The position numbers were made by a program, and so were the translations under genes. The notes beneath the pieces were generated by a model. That model had not been told where the DNA came from and searched no databases. It saw nothing but the letters and a program-made list of their open reading frames with translations. This document shows positions 27,431 to 37,572 of a stretch of 64,000 nt of DNA, one piece after another (positions within the stretch are counted from its first letter, which is position 1; the number at the start of each line of letters is the position of its first letter). The stretch lies in NCBI GenBank assembly GCA_035268565.1, contig DATFKQ010000058.1:6295-70294 (forward strand), given 5' to 3'. The stretch is from Desulfotignum sp. GTDB lineage: Bacteria > Desulfobacterota > Desulfobacteria > Desulfobacterales > Desulfobacteraceae.

Positions 27431-28771
27431 ATGCAGACCCCCATTGACCAGAAAATTGTCAGACAGGAAATTGACAGAATGGGCCTTGATTCACTTGGCC
27501 TGGCTTCCATACGGGAACTGAACCGGATTGTCAACAATATTGAAACCGCTACAGGCGCGCAGTTCATCCGCATGGAAATGGGCGTGCCCGGTCTGGCCCC
27601 GCCGAAGATTGCAGTGGATGCGGAAATTGCCGCCTTAAAACAGGGGGTGGGATCCAAATATCCTCCCTTTGACGGTATTCCCCAGCTGAAAACGGAAATA
27701 TCGGCTTTTGTAAAAAATTTTGTGGATGTGGATATTCCTGCTGAATCCTGCTTTCCCACTGTGGGGTCCATGCAGGGATGCTACATGGCCATGATGTGCT
27801 GTGCCAGGCGGACCAGGAACAAAGACCGGATACTTTTCATTGATCCCGGGTTTCCGGTAAACAAACACCAGGCCCGGGTACTGGGACTGCCCTATGCCCA
27901 TTTTGATGTATATGAATACAGAGGAGACAAACTCGGACCGAAACTGGAAACCTATCTGGAAAAAAATGATGTGGCAGCCATCATGTATTCCAACCCCAAC
28001 AACCCGGCCTGGATCTGTTTTACTGAAAAAGAACTGGAAGTCATCGGATCTCTGGCCACCAGATATGACTGCATTGTCATGGAAGATCTTGCCTATTTCG
28101 GCATGGATTTCAGGCAGAACTATTCTGTGCCGGGACAACCCCCGTTTATCCCTTCAGTGGCCCGGTTCACTGACAATTATATCCTGTTGATCTCCAGTTC
28201 AAAGTCTTTCTCCCTGGCCGGCCAGCGCATCGGCATGACTGCTATTCCCGAAAAACTGTTTCATTCCACCGGCAATAACCTCAAGCCTTTTTTCGGCAGT
28301 GACCGGTTCGGGTATGCCTATATTTTCGGGGCCATGTATGCCTTGAGTTCCGGGGTTTCCCATTCCAACCAGTATGGACTTTACGGGCTGTTGAAAGCAG
28401 TCAATTCAGGAGAATTCAATTTTGTGGACCATGTCAAAGAATATGGAGACCGGGCCTTTGCCATGAAACAGATGTTTACCCGGAACGGGTTTACCATTGT
28501 CTATGACATGGATGATGACCAGCCCATTGCTGACGGATTTTATTTTACCATTGCCTATCCCGGATTCACCGGGGTGGAACTGGTGGAAGAACTGCTCTAT
28601 TACGGTATCAGCGCCATTTCTTTGACCACCACGGGCAGTGACCGCCACGAAGGGCTGCGGGCCTGTGTGTCTTTAACCGGGGAAGAAAGATTCGGGGAAC
28701 TGGCAGACCGGCTTGCCCGTTTCCAGGCAGACCATCCCAAAGGCAGTGATTTCAAGATAATCCAGGCCTGA
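27431..28771 (+). CDS. class I/II PLP-dependent aminotransferase
   Basis: The ORF frame is open from 27377. ATG 27431 has an AGGAGA RBS 5 nt upstream. YSNPNNPAW and PLP-Lys motif SSSKSFSLAGQRIG. Confidence 0.85.
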   Translation: MQTPIDQKIVRQEIDRMGLDSLGLASIRELNRIVNNIETATGAQFIRMEMGVPGLAPPKIAVDAEIAALKQGVGSKYPPFDGIPQLKTEISAFVKNFVDVDIPAESCFPTVGSMQGCYMAMMCCARRTRNKDRILFIDPGFPVNKHQARVLGLPYAHFDVYEYRGDKLGPKLETYLEKNDVAAIMYSNPNNPAWICFTEKELEVIGSLATRYDCIVMEDLAYFGMDFRQNYSVPGQPPFIPSVARFTDNYILLISSSKSFSLAGQRIGMTAIPEKLFHSTGNNLKPFFGSDRFGYAYIFGAMYALSSGVSHSNQYGLYGLLKAVNSGEFNFVDHVKEYGDRAFAMKQMFTRNGFTIVYDMDDDQPIADGFYFTIAYPGFTGVELVEELLYYGISAISLTTTGSDRHEGLRACVSLTGEERFGELADRLARFQADHPKGSDFKIIQA

Positions 28772-28927
28772 TCCAGCCTGTTCCAGCCTGCCGAATACCG
28801 CCATGAAAACAGCAGGCAAAGCCCCTGCCAAAGATATTGACCCCCTTCTTTTGTACCTGGTGACCGGACCGTCAGATTCACAAAAATTGCGGGCCGGTCC
28901 CGGGGCAAAAACAGCGGAGCGGGTGTT

Positions 28928-30775
28928 TTATTTTTTATCCTTTTTTTTGAGTTTTCCGGCGATAAGGTGGCGTGCCTGGGCCTGTAAAACAGTTTTACGC
29001 AACCTGATGGACACAGGGGTGACTTCCACCATTTCATCATCAGCGATGAAATGGATGGCTTTTTCAAGGGTCATGTCCCGGACAGGCGTGCACACCACGT
29101 TCTCATCCTTGCCTGATGCCCGCATATTGGTGAGCTTTTTTTCCTTGCAGGGATTGACATCAATATCAGCGGCCCTGTTGTGTTCGCCGATGATCATGCC
29201 TTCATACACCGCGGTGCCCGGCACAATAAACAGCTGGCCTCGGGGTTCCAGGTTGAACAGGGCATAGGGAACAGCGCTGCCCTGACGGTCTGAAACAAGA
29301 GAGCCGTTATACCGGACCGGAAACTCCCCCCGGAAAGGTTCGTAGCCGGCCAGATAGGAATTCATGATGCCGGTCCCCCGGGTATCGGTGAGAAATTCAT
29401 CCCGATAACCGATAAGAGATCGGGAAGGAATGGAAAATTCTATGCGGACCCGGCCCTTTCCATTGTTGACCAGGTTGGTCATCTTGCCTTTTCGAATGGA
29501 GAGTTTTTCCGTTACCACCCCCATGAAATCCTCTTCACAATCCACAAACAGATGTTCGATGGGCTCCAGCTGCCGGCCCTGATCCATCTTGTAGATGACC
29601 CGGGGTCGGCTCACACAGAGTTCAAACCCCTCCCGCCGCATGGTCTCAATGAGAATGGCCAGCTGGAGTTCTCCTCTTCCCTTTACCACAAAACTTTCAT
29701 CTGTGGTGCTTTCTTCCACTTCAATGGCGACGTTCATAAGGGTTTCCTTGAACAGCCGCTCCCGAATCTTTCGAGACTGCACATATTTGCCCTCCCTGCC
29801 GGCAAAAGGCGAGTTGGTAATGGCGAACTGCATGAACACCGTTGGTTCATCCACGGTTATCCTGGGCAGGGCACAGGGTGCCTGGCGGGTACAGATGGTG
29901 TCGCCGATTTTGACATCCTCGATGCCGGACAGTACCACGATGTCTCCGGGATTGGCCTGGTTCACAGGAACCAGGGCCATGCCTTTGTAGGACTGGAGCT
30001 TGGTCACCTTCAGCTGTATCTGGCGGTTGTTTTCCCCCAGACAAACCAGCGATTCATTGGATGCGGCTGACCCGTTGAACACCTTGCCGATGGCAAGACG
30101 TCCGAGATAGTCGGAATACCCCAGATCAGACACCAGCATCTGAAAAGGGGCCTCCGGGTCATAGGAGGGCGGCGGCATTTCCCTGAGTATGGTATCAAAC
30201 AGCACATGCAGATGCTGTACATCCGCATCCAGCTCCTTTTTAACAATACCATCTCTGCCAATGGCATAAAAATAGGTGAAGTCCAGCTGCTCTTCTGTGG
30301 CCTCCAGGTCTATGAACAGGTCATAAACCATATCCAGCACTTCATCAGGGCGGGCATCCTTGCGGTCTATTTTGTTGATGATCACCATGACAGGCAGGTT
30401 GGCATCAAAGGTTTTTTTCAACACAAACCGGGTCTGGGGCAAAGGCCCTTCCGATGCATCCACCAGAAGAATGGCACTGTCTGCCATGGATAATGCCCGT
30501 TCCACCTCCCCGCCGAAATCAGCATGGCCCGGAGTGTCAATGATATTGATCTTCACGTCCTGCCACATCACGGAACAGTTTTTGGCGGCAATGGTAATGC
30601 CCCGTTCTCTCTCCAGGTCCATACTGTCCATGAGGCGCTCATCCACCTGCTGCCCTTCCCTGAACATGCCGCTCTGTCGGAACATGGCATCCACCAGGGT
30701 GGTTTTACCATGGTCTACATGGGCGATAATGGCAATATTCCGCAGGCTCTCGTTGGTCACATTCTGTTTTTTCAT
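28928..30775 (-). CDS. typA: translational GTPase TypA/BipA
   Basis: 615 aa. G1 AHVDHGKTT, DTPGHADFGGEV, NKID, and EF-G-like domains with the BipA-specific C-terminus. Confidence 0.96.
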   Translation of the reverse strand: MKKQNVTNESLRNIAIIAHVDHGKTTLVDAMFRQSGMFREGQQVDERLMDSMDLERERGITIAAKNCSVMWQDVKINIIDTPGHADFGGEVERALSMADSAILLVDASEGPLPQTRFVLKKTFDANLPVMVIINKIDRKDARPDEVLDMVYDLFIDLEATEEQLDFTYFYAIGRDGIVKKELDADVQHLHVLFDTILREMPPPSYDPEAPFQMLVSDLGYSDYLGRLAIGKVFNGSAASNESLVCLGENNRQIQLKVTKLQSYKGMALVPVNQANPGDIVVLSGIEDVKIGDTICTRQAPCALPRITVDEPTVFMQFAITNSPFAGREGKYVQSRKIRERLFKETLMNVAIEVEESTTDESFVVKGRGELQLAILIETMRREGFELCVSRPRVIYKMDQGRQLEPIEHLFVDCEEDFMGVVTEKLSIRKGKMTNLVNNGKGRVRIEFSIPSRSLIGYRDEFLTDTRGTGIMNSYLAGYEPFRGEFPVRYNGSLVSDRQGSAVPYALFNLEPRGQLFIVPGTAVYEGMIIGEHNRAADIDVNPCKEKKLTNMRASGKDENVVCTPVRDMTLEKAIHFIADDEMVEVTPVSIRLRKTVLQAQARHLIAGKLKKKDKK

Positions 30776-30834
30776 ATTCCGCTCTTTGTTTTCATCACCA
30801 CAGCTTATGGACTGTTGCGAAAATTTTAATTTAT

Positions 30835-31305
30835 TTATTTGGATACCCGGGTGGTGCCGTCGGCAGCAGAGATAATTCTTACCCTGTCTCCCGGTGCCAG
30901 GACCACATCGGCCTCCTGTACCACCACAATGGTGGTACCACTGTCTTTTTTTACCACAATTTCAAGTCCCGGCCTCCTGGTGATGCCTTCTTCAGCAGCA
31001 GTCCCGGCAGCAGCACCGGCCAGGGCCCCCAGTACCGTGGCCACCGTTCTGCCGGATCCGCTTCCCACGGTACTTCCCAGCACTCCGCCGGCAATACCGC
31101 CGGCGGCGGTACCCACCGGTGTTTTGGTGCCTTCTATGGTGACATGCTTAACCGATTCCACAGTCCCGGCCATTACATTCTGGACCTGGCGGGCATGGTC
31201 TCTGGAATAAACCTCCCCGGACCGGCTGGAGGCACATCCGCCAACCATAAGGGCGGCAGCAGCAACAAGCAGTACAACGTTTGTAATCGCTGGAACAGTT
31301 TTCAT
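30835..31305 (-). CDS. glycine-zipper (SlyB/Pcp-like) outer-membrane lipoprotein
   Basis: The ORF frame is open to 31350. MKTVPAITNVVLLVAAAALMVGGC (start 31305) is a typical lipoprotein signal with lipobox. The central GGIAGGVLGSTVGSGSG...GALAGAAAG region is a glycine zipper. Confidence 0.8.
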   Translation of the reverse strand: MKTVPAITNVVLLVAAAALMVGGCASSRSGEVYSRDHARQVQNVMAGTVESVKHVTIEGTKTPVGTAAGGIAGGVLGSTVGSGSGRTVATVLGALAGAAAGTAAEEGITRRPGLEIVVKKDSGTTIVVVQEADVVLAPGDRVRIISAADGTTRVSK

Positions 31306-31569
31306 AACCTTTCCCTTCTTTTCATAAATTTTTTTCTTAGGTGGTTTCATTTCATATGAGGTAAACGCAAACCCTGCACACGCACGCTGCTTTTGGGCAC
31401 AATAAGCTGACTGCGGCTCAGGGTTGTTTATTTTAAGAGTATATCACAGTTTGAAAATTTTTACCCCTTTTCTCTGGCCAATGTCATTGCAAATTAAAAA
31501 CAGATGGACTAATTTGGTGCTGAAAGATAACCAGGCACCCAGAAACCAAACAAATACAAAGGCAGGGTA

Positions 31570-34431
31570 TTGGGTACTTTTTTTGAAACTGCGTCAGAAA
31601 CCGTATGTGCAAAAACCGGCATGACCATCCGGTACAGCCCGGAATGGACTGATATTATCTTGACACCCGAGTATTTTGTCACTTTTCATTTGATCGGGAA
31701 AAATATTTTAAGCACCTATCCCAGGGGCGAAATCAGCTATGACGGCACCCTGGCTTTGTTCAAAAATTATGACAGGTTTCTGACAGCCTGCAGCCTTGAT
31801 CAGTCTTCTTTCATCGAAATTTCAGATTACAGCCGGATCATCAACACACCAAATCAGCGAACCCGGCTCAAAGTACTGGAATTATTACTGGAAAAGGTGG
31901 CAAGGAAAAGGCTCATAGGCCATTTCGTATACAACGTGCCCAGGCATATCCAGTGGATGTATAATATCGGCACCCATCTAAAAAAACCCGGTATTCCCAT
32001 GAAGGCAGTGGATACCTATATCTGTGCGATGAAAAAAGCCCTTGCATTGGGCCATGGCAAACCAAAACAGGCAATAACCAGACTGCCCGATATGTTCCGG
32101 TTTTTGCAAAAACTTACTCCCGGTCACAGGCTGCGGTTTCATGCAGAAGAAATCCTGGAATACATTGGAACCATCAACTGGGAAGAAAAAGGGATACAGG
32201 CCAGCCACATAGGACCTTCCCATCCTTTCAGCGAGGTTTTTGATGCCCTGACCCTTTTAAAAACTGATTTTGATCAGAGTCTGGCTGCCCGGAAACAGCT
32301 GGAAAAAGAATTGACCCGGCATAAAAACCATCTGGAAATTCTGGTGGAAGAACGCACCCGGGCACTGGAATCGGCTGTTGTCAGGGCAGAAGAAGCCACC
32401 CGGGCCAAAAGTGAATTTCTGACCAATATGAGCCATGAAATCAGAACCCCGATGAACGGCATCATGGGCATGGCTGAACTCATGCTGGAAACCTCTCTTG
32501 ATCCCAATCAGACCCAGTTGATCAACACCATCAACACAGAATCCCAGTCATTGATGGACATCATCAACAGTATTCTGGATTTTTCAAAAATTGAAGCCGG
32601 CAAACTGGAACTGGACCACACCCCCTTTAATCTGCGGTGCCTGCTGGAAGACCTGGCTGCTGCTTTTGGCATCATTACGAGGAAAAAAGATCTGGAGTTG
32701 ATTTTTTTTCTCCCTCCTGATGTCCCTGAATATGTGATGGGAGATCCAGGCCGTCTGCGCCAGATTTTAACCAATCTGATCGGCAATGCCGTAAAATTCA
32801 CCCATGAAGGAGAAATATTTGTCTGGGGGAAAACCATTGCTGAATCAAAGGATCACATTACCCTCCAGTTTTTTATCAAGGATACGGGGATCGGCATTCC
32901 AGAAGAAAAACAAGACAGCATATTCAACAGTTTTGCCCAGGCTGACGGCTCCACCACCCGGAATTATGGCGGCACAGGGCTTGGCACCACCATTGCCAGG
33001 CAATTGGTGGAAATGATGGGCGGCACCATCAAGCTGGCCAGCCAGCCGGGAAAAGGCACCACTTTCTGGTTCACGATTGTGCTGAAGATCGATCCCGGAC
33101 CCCATACCCCGGATAAAGTTGATACACACAAAACCATGGCCCTGACAGACAAAAAAATCCTGGTGGTGGATGATAACGCAACCAGCAGACATGCGGTCAC
33201 AGCCTATTTAAAATCCTGGGGATGCATCCCCAGTGAAGCTGAAAGTGGTGTCCAGGCGCTGGCACTGATGAAACACCCTTTCCCAAAAGGCCTGGATCTG
33301 ATCATAACAGACATACAATTACCTGACATGGATGGTTTTGCGCTGGCAAAACAACTCCATGCTGTATCTGACGGTGTGGAGGTTCCCATTCTTGGCCTCA
33401 CCGCCGCAGGGGTTATCGGCGATGGTCAGCGCTGCCGGAAAGAAGGCATCCAGGGATATCTGAACAAACCGGTGAAACAAAGAGATTTGAAAGAGGCAAT
33501 ATTTTCTATTTTGAACCAGAATGGCCCTGCAGGCTCATTGTGCACACCCCCCCTGACCCGGCACACGCTTGCAGAAAACCGGCGCAGAAAACCCCAGATT
33601 CTATTGGTTGAAGATTACCCCACCAACCAGCAGATTGCCATCAGGTACCTGACATCCGGCGGCTTTGAAGTAACCCTGGCTGAGAATGGTCACCAGGCAG
33701 TGGAATTGTTTAAAAACCGCAGGTTCCATGTGGTTCTCATGGACATCCAGATGCCGGTGATGGACGGATATGAAGCCACCCGGCTTATCCGGGAGCATGA
33801 ACAGCGCAAAAAAACTGCTTTTCTGGCTGAAAATCCCGATACTTCCCAGGTATTTGTGTCCACCCCGGTCATTGCCATGACCGCCCATGCCATCCATGGC
33901 TACCGGGAAAAATGCCTGGCTGCAGATATGGATGATTACATAACAAAACCATTGAAAAAGAAGGATTTCCTTGCCCTTGTCAAAAAACATATCCCCGTAG
34001 AAAAAGCCGATTCCACAAAAAAATCCGTCCAGGGTGCGGATCCTGCAAAAACCGATCTTCAGGATTCCCTGAAATTGGCTGCCCTGTCAGTATGTTCCAC
34101 CAAAGACCCCATGGACCTGACAGAACTGCTGCATGAATTTGAGAATGATGCTGCTTTTTTAAGGGAAGTGCTGACAGAATTTATCACCAGCACGGATAAA
34201 AAACTGGTACAGATACAACAGGCGGCAGTTGATCGAAACGGCCCTGAAATCACAGCTTTCGCCCATGCCATCAAAGGCGGAGCTGCCAATTTGACAGCAC
34301 AAGAACTTTCCCGGGCCGCCGGATGTATGGAAAAAGCTGCAACTGAAAATAATTTCACAACCATGCCGGATCTCATTTCACAACTGGTACGGACATACTG
34401 TCGTTTCAAGGCGTTTGCCAAAAAAATATAA
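31570..34431 (+). CDS. hybrid sensor histidine kinase: unknown soluble N-terminal domain, HisKA, HATPase, two receiver domains, and HPt
   Basis: 953-aa ORF (alternative ATG at 31621). H-box [10 protein letters not shown]; N/G boxes [26 protein letters not shown]; REC1 ILVVDDN...[11 protein letters not shown]; REC2 ILLVEDY...[11 protein letters not shown]; C-terminal HPt [10 protein letters not shown]. No hydrophobic transmembrane segment is visible. Confidence 0.92.
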   Translation: MGTFFETASETVCAKTGMTIRYSPEWTDIILTPEYFVTFHLIGKNILSTYPRGEISYDGTLALFKNYDRFLTACSLDQSSFIEISDYSRIINTPNQRTRLKVLELLLEKVARKRLIGHFVYNVPRHIQWMYNIGTHLKKPGIPMKAVDTYICAMKKALALGHGKPKQAITRLPDMFRFLQKLTPGHRLRFHAEEILEYIGTINWEEKGIQASHIGPSHPFSEVFDALTLLKTDFDQSLAARKQLEKELTRHKNHLEILVEERTRALESAVVRAEEATRAKSEFLTNMSHEIRTPMNGIMGMAELMLETSLDPNQTQLINTINTESQSLMDIINSILDFSKIEAGKLELDHTPFNLRCLLEDLAAAFGIITRKKDLELIFFLPPDVPEYVMGDPGRLRQILTNLIGNAVKFTHEGEIFVWGKTIAESKDHITLQFFIKDTGIGIPEEKQDSIFNSFAQADGSTTRNYGGTGLGTTIARQLVEMMGGTIKLASQPGKGTTFWFTIVLKIDPGPHTPDKVDTHKTMALTDKKILVVDDNATSRHAVTAYLKSWGCIPSEAESGVQALALMKHPFPKGLDLIITDIQLPDMDGFALAKQLHAVSDGVEVPILGLTAAGVIGDGQRCRKEGIQGYLNKPVKQRDLKEAIFSILNQNGPAGSLCTPPLTRHTLAENRRRKPQILLVEDYPTNQQIAIRYLTSGGFEVTLAENGHQAVELFKNRRFHVVLMDIQMPVMDGYEATRLIREHEQRKKTAFLAENPDTSQVFVSTPVIAMTAHAIHGYREKCLAADMDDYITKPLKKKDFLALVKKHIPVEKADSTKKSVQGADPAKTDLQDSLKLAALSVCSTKDPMDLTELLHEFENDAAFLREVLTEFITSTDKKLVQIQQAAVDRNGPEITAFAHAIKGGAANLTAQELSRAAGCMEKAATENNFTTMPDLISQLVRTYCRFKAFAKKI

Positions 34432-34436
34432 AATTT

Positions 34437-35693
34437 TCAGGCATTCCGGCCAGGCACTCGAAACTGAATCACTGTAAAAACAAGGGTTCCTGAAACCATT
34501 ACCAGGCCTGCCACGGGAAATGCCAGTCTGAGACTGAAAAAATCCATGGCCAGACCTGCTGCCAGGGAACCGGTGAGCATCCCTAAGCTGTGGGCAACGG
34601 TCATCACAGCCATTACCGATCCCATGGCTTTTTTCTGGTCTCCTTTAACCACTGCCAGAGCGGTGATGGCAGGCATGGATATCCCCCCGCCCACACCAAA
34701 CAGGGATATGGCTGCAAGCAGATCAGAAAATGAGGCGGCAAAATAGATCAAAAACATGCCGGCTGCAGCAACCGTTCCACCGGCAAGGGTCAGAAACCGC
34801 CGGCTGAAACGGTCCGCAGCATATCCCATGGGCAGTTGCAGAATACCGGATATAAATACACCCAGCATGACCAGCAGACCGATCCTTGCACCGGAAAGAC
34901 CGAACACAGCATCGGCAAACAGGGGCAGAAAACACCAGACTGCCCCGATACAGGCGGTATAGGCATACCTGAAAGAAAAAAGGGCAAACAGATCCAGATC
35001 TTTCACCACAAAAGACCAGGGAATCTCGGCAGGCTGGGGTCCGGAACGGATCCGTTCCTCCGACAAGGGGGGCAGCAGCCAGAAACACAGCAAAACCCCG
35101 GTCAAAGACAGCAGTCCCATACACACAAAGGCCGCGTTCATGGTCCAGATGTCATGGATAACCCCGCCCATGAGGGGCCCTAAGCTCAGGCTCAAAAACA
35201 TGGACAGATTAAACAGTCCCATGGAATACCCTTCAGATCCTGCGGGCGTAATTTCTCCCACATAGGCCTGGACCACCGGCATGATCATGGCAGAGCCGGC
35301 CCCCTGGATAAACCGGATAAAAATCAATTCATTGACTGTATCTGAATAAACAAAAGCAATGGAAATCAGGGTATAGGAAATCAATCCCGCAAGGATAAAA
35401 GGCTTTCTGCCTTTTTGGTCTGACAGCCGTCCGAAATAGGGCAGCAAAAATACCCGGGAAATGGAAAAAGAACCGAAAATCATGGCCACATAGAGCCCTG
35501 TCGCTCCCAGATCATGGGCATAAACAGGCAGCAGAGGCACCACAATTCCCACCCCGGTGACCGTGGAAAAGATTATAAAAAACAGGGTGGCAAAGATGCC
35601 TTTGTGGTCTGAGGGAATGGCCCGGAGGCTGTTTTTGATTATTTTTGCCGACCATTGGGAAACCGGTTCCCGTATGGAATAAAAAAAATCCAT
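34437..35693 (-). CDS. MFS transporter
   Basis: 418 aa with about 12 hydrophobic segments. MFS loop motif GRLSDQKGRKP between TM2 and TM3. Confidence 0.88.
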   Translation of the reverse strand: MDFFYSIREPVSQWSAKIIKNSLRAIPSDHKGIFATLFFIIFSTVTGVGIVVPLLPVYAHDLGATGLYVAMIFGSFSISRVFLLPYFGRLSDQKGRKPFILAGLISYTLISIAFVYSDTVNELIFIRFIQGAGSAMIMPVVQAYVGEITPAGSEGYSMGLFNLSMFLSLSLGPLMGGVIHDIWTMNAAFVCMGLLSLTGVLLCFWLLPPLSEERIRSGPQPAEIPWSFVVKDLDLFALFSFRYAYTACIGAVWCFLPLFADAVFGLSGARIGLLVMLGVFISGILQLPMGYAADRFSRRFLTLAGGTVAAAGMFLIYFAASFSDLLAAISLFGVGGGISMPAITALAVVKGDQKKAMGSVMAVMTVAHSLGMLTGSLAAGLAMDFFSLRLAFPVAGLVMVSGTLVFTVIQFRVPGRNA

Positions 35694-35704
35694 TCAGGCC
35701 ATGC

Positions 35705-37567
35705 CTAATCCAGGCATTCTTTGATCTGGTCAATGAACCGGCTGGGGACGCCGAATTCCCCTTTCCGGTAATTGCAATGGGAAAGATACAAAAACCGTTC
35801 CGCCCGGGTCATGGCCACATACATGAGACGCCGTTCTTCGGCCAGGGCTGCATCCCCCTCATCAATAGACCGCCAGTGGGGAAACAGGCGCTCTTCACAT
35901 CCCACAACAAAAACCGTATCAAACTCCAGGCCCTTGGCAGAATGAATGGTCAGCAATGCCACCCCGTCAGAATCCTGGTCATCCTCATCTTCCTTGTCTT
36001 CTCTTATCAAAGCGGCTTCTTCCAGATATTCCAGCATATCTGATTTGGTCCGGGCCGTATGGATGAGCTGCTCGATATTTTCTTTTTTGGAAATCCATTC
36101 AGCCCGGGTCTTGGTCTTTTTTTCCAGGTAATCATAATAGTCGGTACGCGCTATCACTTCTTCCATGGCCATGGCCGGGGCCATATCCCGGATGGCATCC
36201 AGGATGTCCACCACCTCGGAGAGATTTTCATGGATCTTCGGGGTCAGCACCCGTTCTTTTACCATGATTCTGGCCGCATCCTGCAGGCTGACACCATCTG
36301 TCCGCATGGCTGCCATTTTTTTGACCATGGCCGGTCCTATGCCCCGTTTGGGAACATTGACGACACGTTCAAATGACATGTCATCATTGGGAAAAAATGA
36401 GGCGCTCAGGTAGGAATTGATGTCTAAAATTTCCATGCGCTCAAAAAACCCCTGGGCCCCCATGAGCCGGTAGGGAACCCGGAGGGACCTGAAAATTTTT
36501 TCAAACGGCAGAGAGCAGAATTTGGTTCTGTACACCACGGCCATTTTGTCATAGGCAATGCCCTGCCCCTGGCGGTGCATGGCCTTGATGCGTTTTGCCA
36601 CCCATTCCGCCTCATGGCTGTCGGATAAAAAATCATATATTTCCACCACACCGCCTTTTTTACGGGAAAAACAGTGCTTGTCCATTTTGTCCGGATTGTA
36701 GTCAATCATGTCATTGGCCACCTGGACAATTTCATCGGCAGACCTGAAATTTTCCTCCAGCGGAAAGATTTTTGCATCTTTGTACTTCTGGGAAAATCCC
36801 AGAAAATGATCGATATTGCTGCCCCGGAATCCATACACCGCCTGCCAGTCGTCCCCCACGCAAAACAGATTCCTGTGAGGTCCGAGCAGCAGGTTGGTAA
36901 GATCTTCCTGGAGATTGTTGGTGTCCTGGTATTCATCAACCAGAATATAGGAAAACCAGGACTGGTAATCCTCCCGGATATCTTTATGCTGGTGGAGAAG
37001 ATCCCGGGTCTTGAGAAGGATATTGTCAAAATCCACACAATTCATTTCCTGGAGACGGTCTTCATACTGTTGGAAAATATCGCTGATCCTGACATTGAAA
37101 ACCACCGGTTTTATATCAAAATATTTTTGGGGGTTTCCAAAATTTTTAGCCCGGGACACCAGAGACAGAATCCGGTTGGCATATTTTTTTTCAATATTGT
37201 TTTTCACACACAGTTCTTTAACCAGTTTGTCCTGCTGGTATATGGAAAGCACCTGTATGGGAGGGGAAAACCCCAGACGCTGGCAATCGCGCTTGAGGAT
37301 CATCAGACAGGCGGAATGAAAGGTTCTCACCCATTGAAAATGCACAAGAGACCGCCCGGTCATGGCCATAAGCCGGGACTTCATCTCATCTGCTGCCTTG
37401 TTGGTAAAGGTAATGGCCAGTATCCGTCCGGGATCATAGCCCTGATCCAGCAGATGTGAAAATTTGGCCGTCAGGGTGCGGGTTTTGCCGGAACCGGCGC
37501 CTGCAACAACCAGTGCCGGAGAGCCGGTATGGTCAACAGCGTTCTGCTGCTGCAATGATAATAGCAT
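35705..37567 (-). CDS. UvrD/Rep/PcrA-family (SF1) ATP-dependent DNA helicase, short form
   Basis: 620 aa. Motif I AGAGSGKT; motif II ILVDEYQDTN; motif III; motif V/VI TIHSAKGLEF...YVAMTRA. Confidence 0.9.
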   Translation of the reverse strand: MLLSLQQQNAVDHTGSPALVVAGAGSGKTRTLTAKFSHLLDQGYDPGRILAITFTNKAADEMKSRLMAMTGRSLVHFQWVRTFHSACLMILKRDCQRLGFSPPIQVLSIYQQDKLVKELCVKNNIEKKYANRILSLVSRAKNFGNPQKYFDIKPVVFNVRISDIFQQYEDRLQEMNCVDFDNILLKTRDLLHQHKDIREDYQSWFSYILVDEYQDTNNLQEDLTNLLLGPHRNLFCVGDDWQAVYGFRGSNIDHFLGFSQKYKDAKIFPLEENFRSADEIVQVANDMIDYNPDKMDKHCFSRKKGGVVEIYDFLSDSHEAEWVAKRIKAMHRQGQGIAYDKMAVVYRTKFCSLPFEKIFRSLRVPYRLMGAQGFFERMEILDINSYLSASFFPNDDMSFERVVNVPKRGIGPAMVKKMAAMRTDGVSLQDAARIMVKERVLTPKIHENLSEVVDILDAIRDMAPAMAMEEVIARTDYYDYLEKKTKTRAEWISKKENIEQLIHTARTKSDMLEYLEEAALIREDKEDEDDQDSDGVALLTIHSAKGLEFDTVFVVGCEERLFPHWRSIDEGDAALAEERRLMYVAMTRAERFLYLSHCNYRKGEFGVPSRFIDQIKECLD

Positions 37568-37572
37568 GTATT

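Noticed and set aside
21049-28771. Idea that the oxidoreductase/aminotransferase block is an island inserted into recD
   Set aside because: Both recD end fragments lie adjacent to each other on the same side of the block. The lesion is therefore an internal deletion, not an insertion split. No integrase, transposase, or flanking direct repeats were seen.
28772-28927. Direct repeat TCCAGCCTG x2 and weak stems downstream of the convergent aminotransferase and typA genes, considered as terminators
   Set aside because: The stems are only 4-7 bp with large loops and no adjacent T-tract. This is not convincing as intrinsic terminators or as a repeat element.
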